Source: an uncultured Methanoregulaceae archaeon
GTDB lineage: Archaea > Halobacteriota > Methanomicrobia > Methanomicrobiales > Methanospirillaceae
Assembly: GCA_963701095.1 (NCBI GenBank)
Contig: OY969564.1
Location: forward strand, 2,080,001-2,144,000
Reading direction: 5' to 3'
DNA: 64,000 nt
Every line of letters begins with the position of its first letter. The first letter of the stretch is position 1. The position numbers and the translations under genes were made by a program. Below, one piece after another: positions 1 to 9,889 of the stretch. Below the pieces are notes generated by a model. The model was not told the origin of the DNA. It searched no databases and saw only the letters and a list, made by a program, of their open reading frames with translations.

Positions 1-1
1 A

Positions 2-205
2 GACGAACTCAAACGGCACGATCCTGTCATCCAGCGGGGCCGGAGCGGGGAACTGATTTCCGCTTTTAAAATCTTCTGGGACTCGCACCCCACCGAACAG
101 GTATTTTCCCGGCAGACCGACGGCTTGCTTTTCACGAACAGGATGGTTTATTACATGCATCTGCATCCCCTGCCGCTTCAGGAACAACCAAAGAAAGGGA
201 AGTGA
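2..205 (+). CDS. 3' end of a hypothetical viral protein (partial)
   Basis: Open frame from the window edge (DELKRHDPVIQ...KKGK*). Its stop overlaps the next GTG start (GTGA). Confidence 0.55.
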   Translation, partial: DELKRHDPVIQRGRSGELISAFKIFWDSHPTEQVFSRQTDGLLFTNRMVYYMHLHPLPLQEQPKKGK

Positions 206-534
206 GCTGTCTCGTGAGTTTCAATGCCGATGCCCAGACCCTTGCTGATAAATACGGTATGGCGGTTAAAGAGATCCGGCTTATCGGGAAAGACGGGAAA
301 CTATCTGATATCATAAAACCAGGTTATACGCCGAAAGGTTTTCTGACCATGGATTTCACGCGGATGCCGCTGAACAAGGATTTCTCTGATTTCACCGAAC
401 GGTATAGGACCACGCTTCAGGAAGTCCGCATTATCTACCTCAATGGATGCGGCGCTTCCCAGTTCTTTCCGGCAGGCACACCGGACAAGGTTGTATTTAA
501 CGCGAACATTCCTCCGGATGAGTTAAAACCGTAA
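202..534 (+). CDS. Hypothetical viral protein
   Basis: 110-aa ORF coupled to the upstream gene and preceding the terminase. Confidence 0.55.
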   Translation: MSCLVSFNADAQTLADKYGMAVKEIRLIGKDGKLSDIIKPGYTPKGFLTMDFTRMPLNKDFSDFTERYRTTLQEVRIIYLNGCGASQFFPAGTPDKVVFNANIPPDELKP

Positions 535-570
535 CGTAATCCGGCTCATTGTCCCCAGTGATTTTATTGA

Positions 571-2099
571 ATGGCAGCCCGTACGATGTCCGATTCTGAT
601 TATCAAAAATGCGTGACAGCTCAAACGAAGGGTATCCTTGTCAGTTCGTGCCGATGTTTTATCTTCCACATTTTTAATTATGTGATCGAACCACATCACG
701 AGAACATCCTCGCCCACGTTGAGAGCTACCCGTTGACCCTTGACCTTGCTCCGAGAGGGTCAGGGAAAAGCCGGATTGTAACGATAGGCTATGCGGCGTG
801 GCGGGCAATCGTGGACCCGGACATCCGTATCCTCATCCTCAGCGACACAGATGATCACGCAGTCCGGTTCCTCAATACCATAAAGACCGCCCTGCATCAG
901 CATCCTCTTATTAAACAGCATTTCGGCCCGGTCGAGGGCGATAAGTGGACGGATCACCAGATCGTTCTTGCCGGCAGAAAGAAGATCCTTACCGAAGCCA
1001 CGATTACCGCCTTGGGTGCATATTCCGGGGCGGTCACGTCAGGACACTATGACCTTATCATCTGCGATGACCTGGTGAACTTCGAGAACAGCCGGACAGA
1101 AGGTGGCCGGGCCCGGATGCTCGAATGGTTCAAACAGACCCTTCTGCCGACACTGATACCGGGGGAGAGCTGCACGTTGTCGGCACCCGGTACCATTTTC
1201 TCGATCTTTACCAGATCATGATTGACGAGCTCAAATACGATACCAAAATCCAGCGGGCAATCATCCAGACCGAAGACGGCGAACATTCGATCTGGGAAGA
1301 GTATATGCCGCTTCTTGACCGGTGCGATGCGGTGACCGGTAAAAAAACCGAGGGGCTCAAAACCATCCAGGAAAACCTGGGCCCGGTTGTGTTCAATCTC
1401 CAGTACCAGAACGATGCCGAACTCATGAAGAAAGGCAGTATCTTTGAATATGACTGGTTCCGCTGGTACGAGATGGAAACACGGGAAGATGGCAGCCTGT
1501 GGATTCTCCGGTCGGACATGGCGCCGGTCGCGGTCAGCAAACTTACGATCTATGCGGGAGTAGACCCAAGCATCGGAGAAGGTGACCAGAGTGATTTCTT
1601 CTCGGTCTGCGTGATAGGCGTCGACCGTTTCACGAAAGAGATCTTTGTGCTCGATATTTTCAAAGGCCGGCTTTCGTACGATAACCGGGCCCGGATCGTG
1701 GATGCGAAGTACCAGCAATGGCATCCGTCTATTATCGGCATAGAAGATGTGGCCTTCCAGAAGGAATTCGTCCAGAGGGTACGGCAGACATTCCCCTATA
1801 TCAGGGTCAAGGAGATAAAAACAACGAAAGATAAGGTCAGCCGGGCGTATGGCCGGAGTGGCCTCGTCCAGAATGGTAAAGTTTTCGTTAAGAAAGGGAT
1901 GGCTGATTTTGTTGAAGAATTGTGCATTATGCCGGACGGCGCCCACGATGACCAGTTCGACGCATTTGATTTTGCCGTCGCGGTATCCGAGTCTGCGCAG
2001 GGTGGTGCAAAGAGTACACCGCTCCCGGGTTCAGGGAAATGGACGGGCGGCATGAAAACCGGTGAATGTGAACCGATCTGGAAGCAATTGTACAGGTGA
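571..2099 (+). CDS. terL: Terminase large subunit (frameshift at ~1160-1165)
   Basis: Walker A APRGSGKS and Walker B DLIICDD in ORF 571-1221. VGTRYH, nuclease AGVDPS and HDDQFDA in ORF 1125-2099. One extra G in a G5 run joins them (LIPGGELHVVGTRY). Confidence 0.92.
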
Positions 2100-2102
2100 A
2101 CG

Positions 2103-3764
2103 ATGGGTATTCTGAATAAAGTGAAAAAAGCGACTGCGGCTGGTCTCGGCACATTCTCTCGTGTCATGAAGGCACCCAGCTACAGTGAAGAGATAGAAGC
2201 GGATCTTGCGTACCGGCGCCGTGTTGCACTGCGTAAAAGTAGCCGGTACTCTGATTCGCTCAACAAATACGAGGTCACATCCGTAGACCAGGCACGGGCA
2301 TTGAATATACGTGCCAACCAGCTCATGCATGACCCTATGCGACGGGCGATCTATTCGGTCAATTCCTACATGAACATCTTCGGGATTCCCCGCCCGACCT
2401 TCTGGAAAGCCGATAATGACCGCCTTGCCCGGAACGCCATCTATGCCGTATGCGAGAAACGGATTATGGATACGGTTGAGACGGTCGAATGGGATGTCAC
2501 CGATGCCAATAAGGAAAGCGTCCAATCAGCCGTCCAATTCCTTAAAAAACCCAACCCGCAGCAGACATTCCAGATCCTTCTTAAACAGACTATCCCGGAT
2601 CTCCTGCGCTACGATCAGGCGTGTTGGGTCAAGACCCGGTCGATTGCCGGTAAGATTCTCGAACTGAAAGCATACAGTGGTCCGGAATTCTGGATCGAGG
2701 TCGATAACCATTTCAATGAAATCATGGGGCAATACGGCCTTTCCTATTTTGGTCCCTGGTCACACGGGTATGTGAAACGGTACTGGCAGCATTCAAAACC
2801 CGGTATCTACATTCCTTTCGCGCCAAAAGATGTCTGTTTCCTGATGATGTATCCCCGTGCGGATTCTATTTACGGGACGGATTTCATCCAGCAGATCCGG
2901 TGGCAGCTCGAATACCTCATCGATAGCACCAAAGCCGCCGGGATGACCTTTGCGAACGGTGTTGGGCCCTCAATGGTATGGAAACATCCTGACCTTAACA
3001 GCATCGAACAGCTGGAAGAGCGTGGGATGGAAGTCGAGCTCGAAAACAAAGGCCCGGAGAATTTCGGCAATATCCTTCACCTTATCGGGCAGGAAGATAT
3101 CAGCACCATTTTCCCTGAGCTCATGAACATGCAATGGCTCGAAGGCCAGAAGTTGATCTCGTCGATTGTCTGGGCGATGTTCGGGTTTTCTGCGTCTGAA
3201 TTCACCGGGGACGATGTTAATCGTGCGACCGCTTATATCAACCAGAATATCACTAAAAGCAAGATGCTGGCTCCGCTTCTCCGGCATCTCGAAACAGTCA
3301 TCAACGATGAAGTCCTGCCCGAACTCGATGGCTATCAGGAAGGCTGGACGTTTGCGTTCAAACCGGTTATCGAACTCGACGATAAGATCAAGGAAATGCA
3401 ATATCTCCAGACGCAGGCCCAGGTCGTAAAATCATACGTGGATATGAATGTCCCATTGGAAGAGGCTATGCGGCTCGCGGAAGTCGAGGAAGAGCATATC
3501 ACTTCGGTTACAACCGCCATGAATACTGTGAATCAGAAGGATTCGATGGAAGCAGCATACCACCGATTGCTTCAGGCCAACAACCTGCCGCCCAATCCGG
3601 GAATAGCATCCGCACCAGATGAAACATACCAGAAGCCTCTTGCTGATCCCGGCGTAGCGCCACCATCGGGCCCACACCGGGAGGGATATCAGGGAATTGC
3701 CGAGACTGACAGTGGCAGACCGGAGGATGACGGGCAGACCAATAAGAAGCCTATCGGACGTTGA
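2103..3764 (+). CDS. Phage portal protein
   Basis: 553 aa directly after terL, with HK97-portal-like motifs (LKKPNPQQT, IYG, VNRATA, WTFAF). Confidence 0.85.
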   Translation: MGILNKVKKATAAGLGTFSRVMKAPSYSEEIEADLAYRRRVALRKSSRYSDSLNKYEVTSVDQARALNIRANQLMHDPMRRAIYSVNSYMNIFGIPRPTFWKADNDRLARNAIYAVCEKRIMDTVETVEWDVTDANKESVQSAVQFLKKPNPQQTFQILLKQTIPDLLRYDQACWVKTRSIAGKILELKAYSGPEFWIEVDNHFNEIMGQYGLSYFGPWSHGYVKRYWQHSKPGIYIPFAPKDVCFLMMYPRADSIYGTDFIQQIRWQLEYLIDSTKAAGMTFANGVGPSMVWKHPDLNSIEQLEERGMEVELENKGPENFGNILHLIGQEDISTIFPELMNMQWLEGQKLISSIVWAMFGFSASEFTGDDVNRATAYINQNITKSKMLAPLLRHLETVINDEVLPELDGYQEGWTFAFKPVIELDDKIKEMQYLQTQAQVVKSYVDMNVPLEEAMRLAEVEEEHITSVTTAMNTVNQKDSMEAAYHRLLQANNLPPNPGIASAPDETYQKPLADPGVAPPSGPHREGYQGIAETDSGRPEDDGQTNKKPIGR

Positions 3765-3902
3765 ACATATTGGGATTTTATGGGATTATAAATGGGTGCG
3801 AATTCGGCGAAATCTCAAGGTATGGGGGGATTAGGCTCCGTAGTTCGTTTTAATCACTCGTATCAGCTAAACTTATCTGATAGTTCATAATATTACTGTT
3901 CA

Positions 3903-6464
3903 ATGGTAGAGAATAAACCTGAAACTATAATAGAGACTTTTGAATCAAAGGTGAAAAAACTTGACGACACAATTACGGAAGATGTGACCGCATTAAAAGC
4001 AAATAAAAATCAGACTATAACCAAAATAACAAATATTAATGAAAAAATCAACTCCGAACACGTCCAATTTAAACAAGTCCTAATCAAAAACGGCGAAAAT
4101 TTTAAAATAGATCTTGGAAAAAGATATAATCTTTATCTTAAAAAGACCGCCTCTGTTAAAGAAAAACTCACAACGGTATCGACGCGACTCTTTAATTCTC
4201 AATACTTCGCAATTTGTGTTCTGTTACTAAGTATTATATTTTTTTTGACACATTTACCTTCGATTTCTGATGTATTTCAAAATTCAGTTATTAATGGGAT
4301 TATTCCGGTTTTACTTGTTTTCACTATTATCAGTTTTGTAATTTTCACTCGCGAAACGTTTAAAAAAATCAATGAAGTAAATCCTGAACCTATTGAGGAT
4401 TTAACTACGGATTTAAATGGCGTTGAATTTGAAGATGTGAGCGTTTATGATTTTAAGGAAGATATCATTGAACAAAAACGGAGCACAGATCAACTAATTT
4501 CTTCAGCACAATCGGCGTTAGATATCATCCTATATAAAATTCCTATGTACAAAGATTATGTTGAAGATGAACATTTTAGGAGAAAATGGGAACTTGGGTG
4601 TGATGAGTACCAGAATGCTTTGAAGTTTTTTGGCTTAAATTATAAGGTTCAATTTCAAAAACTTAAGGATAAGCCGAATATTGACTCAAAAAGAGTTGAT
4701 GATTCGATATTAGATTCACACATTCTTAGTGATGTTTCAATGACTCTGAACATATCGTCTGCAATTGTTCAGATCTTAGTTCAATATTATCGAGGGAACA
4801 ACGCTCAAATTCTCTGGGAGGAAATTAAAAAGGATACATACAAATTTCAGTTGTTATCTCATACGTTATACAACTCAAATCAGATAGATATCGATAGATT
4901 GAGATTATCTGAAACAGATTTTCAAAATATTATCTTAAAAACAAAAGAGTTCAGTATTAGCCAGATCTCTAAAAATTCATCATTATTTGTTCAAATAAAG
5001 TTAAAACTCGAAAATTATGAAAAAATATTAATTGAAAATGAGATACCGCTAGAAAAGACGACTGATTTTGATGAATTAATCAATTCAATTAATTTCAACC
5101 AGACCTTTGAAAAGAATTTTTTAAATGTACTCTCTCATAAAATCATTCCGATTCTCCCGGTCGAACAAACTCAAGCATACGAAAAAGCGATTATTGCAAT
5201 TTTGCTTAACGATGAAATACTATTCAAAGATATAGTATGTAAAGATGCTAAAGATGATGATACTGTTCTTGTTTTAATGACATATCACGAGATGTTGCGA
5301 GAAAGAAAAGAAAATAAGCAAGTATTCAAATTGAATGATTTATTAGTCAATTTGCATATATTGGAATCAACTAAAGAAAGAATTCAAACCGAAGTTGAAC
5401 TAAAGAATCGTTTTGTTTATTTCAAGAATGATTTGTCTCGTGGTTTTTGGTGGGATGACGGATTATCATTACAACGGAAAATGTTTGATGATCTAAAACA
5501 GGATTTCAGTCAAAAAATCGATAAATTAGATAGGTCTATAATTATTACAAAATTATTTGAAAAAACCTTTACAGAAATTAATATCAATACAGTTGATAAG
5601 GCCATTGATGCGAATTTATTTTCGACTTATCTAATACTCACAAGCGCCAGTAAAGGGCACCTACTTCCTTTTTTGGATCCAATTAGTATAAGAAATCCTG
5701 ATAAGACAAAAAAAGATTTTTCAGAATTAAAGACATACGAGAAAAAATATGGAATAACCTTAATAAAGGACGGTAAGCCGAAATATGATTTCACGAATTA
5801 TTCAACTAGGACAAGAATAGGTGTTCTCCCGCGAAATACAAATTTTTTAGCCTTCGTTCAAGAAATGAAAGATGATGTCAACAAAATTTTGCAAGCCGAA
5901 TCCCAATTTGCTGAAGAAGAAATGGAAGATATTGGATTGGCTATTATTCGCGTAACGCCATCAAAATATAGTTTCGGTTTACTTGATGATGAGATTGAGA
6001 AAAGCAGTAATGTAAGAACAAAAGATTTACATATTGCAAAAATTATCGCAATTTTAGCTAAAGATTATACTTCGAATTCGGAGCAATATCTTATGTCCGC
6101 ATTCGACGGAAAGATAAACCTAACAGAAATTTTTAATCAATTGTCAATCTTTGAATTGATTCCAGCAAAAGAAATGGATCTCTCTCCAGAATATGAAGGA
6201 TTTTTAAAAAGTGATAGCCTAAAAAAGGCTATTTTAGCTTCCCTAAAGAAAGAGGGGATATCCAGTATTAAGGTATTATCAAAAACCGTTAGAAGCAATA
6301 AAGAAAATCATATATTTTTGAAATCTATAATTAGCGAAGCAATTGTTGATGAATATTTTAAAAGAAAAGGTGTAACGATTCAAACGTCCCGATTGAATTT
6401 TTTAATGAGCGAATTAATGAAATCACTTGATTCCATTGCCGAGTTGATGGAAAATTTATCCTGA
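3903..6464 (+). CDS. Large AT-rich hypothetical protein (N-terminal coiled coil, two TM helices)
   Basis: 853-aa ORF with two hydrophobic segments near aa 100-150. No recognisable catalytic motif. Confidence 0.8.
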   Translation: MVENKPETIIETFESKVKKLDDTITEDVTALKANKNQTITKITNINEKINSEHVQFKQVLIKNGENFKIDLGKRYNLYLKKTASVKEKLTTVSTRLFNSQYFAICVLLLSIIFFLTHLPSISDVFQNSVINGIIPVLLVFTIISFVIFTRETFKKINEVNPEPIEDLTTDLNGVEFEDVSVYDFKEDIIEQKRSTDQLISSAQSALDIILYKIPMYKDYVEDEHFRRKWELGCDEYQNALKFFGLNYKVQFQKLKDKPNIDSKRVDDSILDSHILSDVSMTLNISSAIVQILVQYYRGNNAQILWEEIKKDTYKFQLLSHTLYNSNQIDIDRLRLSETDFQNIILKTKEFSISQISKNSSLFVQIKLKLENYEKILIENEIPLEKTTDFDELINSINFNQTFEKNFLNVLSHKIIPILPVEQTQAYEKAIIAILLNDEILFKDIVCKDAKDDDTVLVLMTYHEMLRERKENKQVFKLNDLLVNLHILESTKERIQTEVELKNRFVYFKNDLSRGFWWDDGLSLQRKMFDDLKQDFSQKIDKLDRSIIITKLFEKTFTEININTVDKAIDANLFSTYLILTSASKGHLLPFLDPISIRNPDKTKKDFSELKTYEKKYGITLIKDGKPKYDFTNYSTRTRIGVLPRNTNFLAFVQEMKDDVNKILQAESQFAEEEMEDIGLAIIRVTPSKYSFGLLDDEIEKSSNVRTKDLHIAKIIAILAKDYTSNSEQYLMSAFDGKINLTEIFNQLSIFELIPAKEMDLSPEYEGFLKSDSLKKAILASLKKEGISSIKVLSKTVRSNKENHIFLKSIISEAIVDEYFKRKGVTIQTSRLNFLMSELMKSLDSIAELMENLS

Positions 6465-6643
6465 TAGAATCTCCATATTTTGGGAAGTTTGAGGTTTTAA
6501 TATCAATATTTGGCTACAACCCTGTCGGAATTCAATGAAAAGTGATATCGTCGTAAGACGTCAATGATAACAAATTGAAAGTCCAAAAAGGCAATAGAAC
6601 CTTATTGATTTCCATCCATCTATCAACGTAACAAAAACATAAA

Positions 6644-9600
6644 ATGGAAAAGATAGATTTAACGGCAAACAAACTTCAAAATAACAATAGTCCACAGGGA
6701 GATATATCTTCAATGTCTAATGACCTGACCTTTATCACCAACGAAAATAACAGGACGTTATATGACCGGTTTAATACACTTATCAATAACACTTCTCTTT
6801 TTGATTGTCTTGTTGGGTATTTTTTCACAAGTGGTTTCAATAAAATATATCGTTCATTAGAGAATACAGAGAAGATTCGTATTCTCATTGGCATCAGCAC
6901 GAACCCACAGACGTATAAATTGATTCAAAATGCACAGCAACAGCAAAGACTGGTTTCCGATTATGAAGTAAAGGAAACCTATAGTCAATCTATTGTGCAG
7001 GAATTTGACGAGTCTCCAGATAATTCCGATGTTGAGACTGGCGCGAAAAAATTTGTTGACTGGATCCTTTCAAAAAAACTCGAAGTTCGTGCATATCCCA
7101 CGGAAAAAATTCACGCTAAAGTCTATATCATGACCTTTAAACAGGGTTCGGTTGATGTTGGCCGGGTTATCACAGGTTCAAGTAATTTCACAGAAGCAGG
7201 TTTACAGCACAATCTTGAATTTAATGTGGAACTGAAGGATCGCAGAGACTATGAATACGCCCTTGAAATGTTCAATAAATTGTGGGCCGAATCAGTGGAT
7301 GTCTCGGAGAAATATGTTGAGACGATCAAAACAAAAACTTGGCTGAATGATGAGATTAAACCCTATGAACTCTACCTGAAACTATTGTATGAATATTTCA
7401 AGGACCGTCTTCTCCTCGATAGTTACGAATTGGAACAGGGCATTATTCCTGACAACTTCATGGATCTCAAATATCAGCGAGATGCGGTTCAGGATGCCAA
7501 ACAGATCCTCGAATCATATGGCGGAGTTTTTATTTCTGATGTTGTCGGTCTTGGTAAAACCTACACGACAACGCTTCTTGCCCGAGAACTAGACGGCAGG
7601 TCTCTAGTAGTAGCCCCTCCCGGATTACTTGACCGGAATAACCCGGGTTCCTGGCCAAATGCATTTGGAGAATTCGGTGTCAGGCAGGGAGAATTTGAAT
7701 CAATCGGGAAGCTCGACTCAATAATTGAGAACGGGGTTGATCGTTTCAAGAATGTAATTATTGATGAATCACATGCATTCAGAAATGAAGAAACCCAGAG
7801 ATATGAAAAACTCGCCCAGATATGTAAGGGGAAACGGGTTATTCTCGTATCTGCCACACCGCTGAATAATACCCCCCAGGACATTGTTGCCCAAATCAAG
7901 CTCTTTCAGGATGGACACAAATCCACCCTACCTAATCCGATTGTGAAGGACCTTGATGCGTATTTTGGAAAGCTCCAAAGACGGCTTGACAACGTAAACC
8001 GGAAGGAAAATCCGAAAGAATACATCAAGATAATGCAAGAAAATTCTGCAGAAATCCGAAAAAATGTTCTTGATTATCTGATGGTGAGAAGGACTAGAAC
8101 CGTTATTGAAAAATATTACAAGAGCGATCTTCGGGTTCAGGGTCTGAAATTCCCCAAGGTCGACGATCCCAAACCCGTGTACTACAATTTTGAAAAAGAT
8201 GTTGAACTTGCATTTAATGAATCGTTGAAATTGATTACTAAATCTCTCAAGTACAGTCGATATACTCCCCTTTTATATCTTAAAAAGATTGACCAGCGCG
8301 AACGAATGGGTCAGATAAATATGGGAAGGTTCATGAAGGTCCTTCTTTTGAAAAGACTGGAGAGCAGTCAATATGCATTCAAGATGTCAATCGGCCGATT
8401 TATCCATTCATATGAACGGGTAATCGAAGAATATGAAAAAGGCTTTGTCTATGTCAGCCGAGATTATGCCCAGAAAATTTTTGATCTTCTTGAGAGCGGG
8501 AGTTATGAGATAATCGAGAAGATGATCGATGAAGATCGTGCTACAAAATATGCCATTGACCAGTTTGATGAATCGCTGATAAGTGATTTAAAAAGCGATC
8601 TCGATGTCCTGAAAAAAATTAGGGGATTGTGGGAAACGATCACTATTGATCCTAAACTTGAAGAGTTCAAGAGACTTCTTGCCAAAGATAAAATCCTGAA
8701 GGAAAACAAACTCCTGGTATTCACCGAAGCAATGGAAACGGCAGAGTACCTTGAGAAGAAACTCAAATCCGAAGCATTTTCTGGAGCTGGAGTACGGTAT
8801 TTCTCCGGTACTGAAGGAACGACCAACAGAAATGAAATCATCCGGAATTTTGATGCGACGTCGCGGAATCAAAGAGATGATTTCCGAATCCTGATAACAA
8901 CCGATGTTCTTTCCGAAGGAATGAACCTGAACCGGTCGAATGTAGTGATTAATTATGATATCCCCTGGAATCCGGTCCGGATGATGCAGCGGGTCGGTCG
9001 TATTAACCGCGTGGCTAAGCGATTGCCCTATGACACAATTCATACGTACAACTTTTTCCCGACTGGTAATATTGAAGAAGAGATCGGCCTGGAATCTGCA
9101 GCAGAAGCAAAAATAGAAGCATTTATCGAAATGCTGGGAGACGATGCCCCACTCCTTCTAGATGAGGAGGTAAAATCCCATGAATCACTATTCAAGAAAT
9201 TGAATTCCCGGGAAATCATTGTTGGTGAAGAAGAGGATGACCTGGAGCTTGCGTATCTTCAGGAAATCCGAAAAGTCAGGGATGAAGAAAAGGAATTATT
9301 TGATAAGATCAAGAAACTTCCAAAGAAGGCCCGTTCCTGCAAAAAATCTGATATTGATGGAGTTATCACATTTTTAAGACGCGGGGATATGAGTAAATTT
9401 TATCTTAACGATAAAAACTCAGTTAAAGAAGTTGATTTTGTTATCGCTGCAGGGCAGGCGAAAACCCAGAAAAATACAAAACGTTGTCCGCTTTCCGAAT
9501 CGTTCTACACATTACTCGAAGCAAACAAAAAAGCGTTTGATATTGTTTTTCATTTCGATGAACTGGGACTGGGGCATGCTGCAGCCAGTACTGCAGAGGG

Positions 9601-9889
9601 AAAAGTCGACCGACGACTTAGGGCCATAGACAAGAAGCCCCTGGTTGAAGAGGACGAGGAATATCTCAAACAGGTATTTGGTTTGATTGAACGTGGCGCT
9701 ATACCGAAAAATACGATCAAACGAATCTGGGATAAGATAAAGGATGAGGATAATTCTCTCAAAATCGTGTCAGTATTGAAACTCAATCTACCGGAAGCAT
9801 ATTTCTCGGAGACCTATTCGGTTGATAAAATGTCAAGGATGGGTAAAAAAGAAGTAATTCTTTCAATGGAGCTGGTATCACATGGATGA
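6644..9889 (+). CDS. PLD-nuclease domain fused to an SNF2-like SF2 helicase
   Basis: IHAKVY...GSSNFT (PLD-like), then DVVGLGKT, IIDESH, SATP, SEGMNL and QRVGRINR helicase motifs. Confidence 0.9.
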   Translation: MEKIDLTANKLQNNNSPQGDISSMSNDLTFITNENNRTLYDRFNTLINNTSLFDCLVGYFFTSGFNKIYRSLENTEKIRILIGISTNPQTYKLIQNAQQQQRLVSDYEVKETYSQSIVQEFDESPDNSDVETGAKKFVDWILSKKLEVRAYPTEKIHAKVYIMTFKQGSVDVGRVITGSSNFTEAGLQHNLEFNVELKDRRDYEYALEMFNKLWAESVDVSEKYVETIKTKTWLNDEIKPYELYLKLLYEYFKDRLLLDSYELEQGIIPDNFMDLKYQRDAVQDAKQILESYGGVFISDVVGLGKTYTTTLLARELDGRSLVVAPPGLLDRNNPGSWPNAFGEFGVRQGEFESIGKLDSIIENGVDRFKNVIIDESHAFRNEETQRYEKLAQICKGKRVILVSATPLNNTPQDIVAQIKLFQDGHKSTLPNPIVKDLDAYFGKLQRRLDNVNRKENPKEYIKIMQENSAEIRKNVLDYLMVRRTRTVIEKYYKSDLRVQGLKFPKVDDPKPVYYNFEKDVELAFNESLKLITKSLKYSRYTPLLYLKKIDQRERMGQINMGRFMKVLLLKRLESSQYAFKMSIGRFIHSYERVIEEYEKGFVYVSRDYAQKIFDLLESGSYEIIEKMIDEDRATKYAIDQFDESLISDLKSDLDVLKKIRGLWETITIDPKLEEFKRLLAKDKILKENKLLVFTEAMETAEYLEKKLKSEAFSGAGVRYFSGTEGTTNRNEIIRNFDATSRNQRDDFRILITTDVLSEGMNLNRSNVVINYDIPWNPVRMMQRVGRINRVAKRLPYDTIHTYNFFPTGNIEEEIGLESAAEAKIEAFIEMLGDDAPLLLDEEVKSHESLFKKLNSREIIVGEEEDDLELAYLQEIRKVRDEEKELFDKIKKLPKKARSCKKSDIDGVITFLRRGDMSKFYLNDKNSVKEVDFVIAAGQAKTQKNTKRCPLSESFYTLLEANKKAFDIVFHFDELGLGHAAASTAEGKVDRRLRAIDKKPLVEEDEEYLKQVFGLIERGAIPKNTIKRIWDKIKDEDNSLKIVSVLKLNLPEAYFSETYSVDKMSRMGKKEVILSMELVSHG

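Noticed and set aside
1155..1170. Programmed frameshift in terL
   Set aside because: A plain G-run indel like many others here. The terminase needs both domains and there is no rationale for recoding.
1047..1946. Long antisense ORFs (e.g. 1047-1946, 20591-21322, 25858-26514)
   Set aside because: They are shadow frames opposite well-supported genes and have no recognisable motifs.
3834..3842. GGCTCCGTA shared with ~31992 as a possible att or target duplication
   Set aside because: Only 9 bp, plausible by chance, and it would bisect the virion module.
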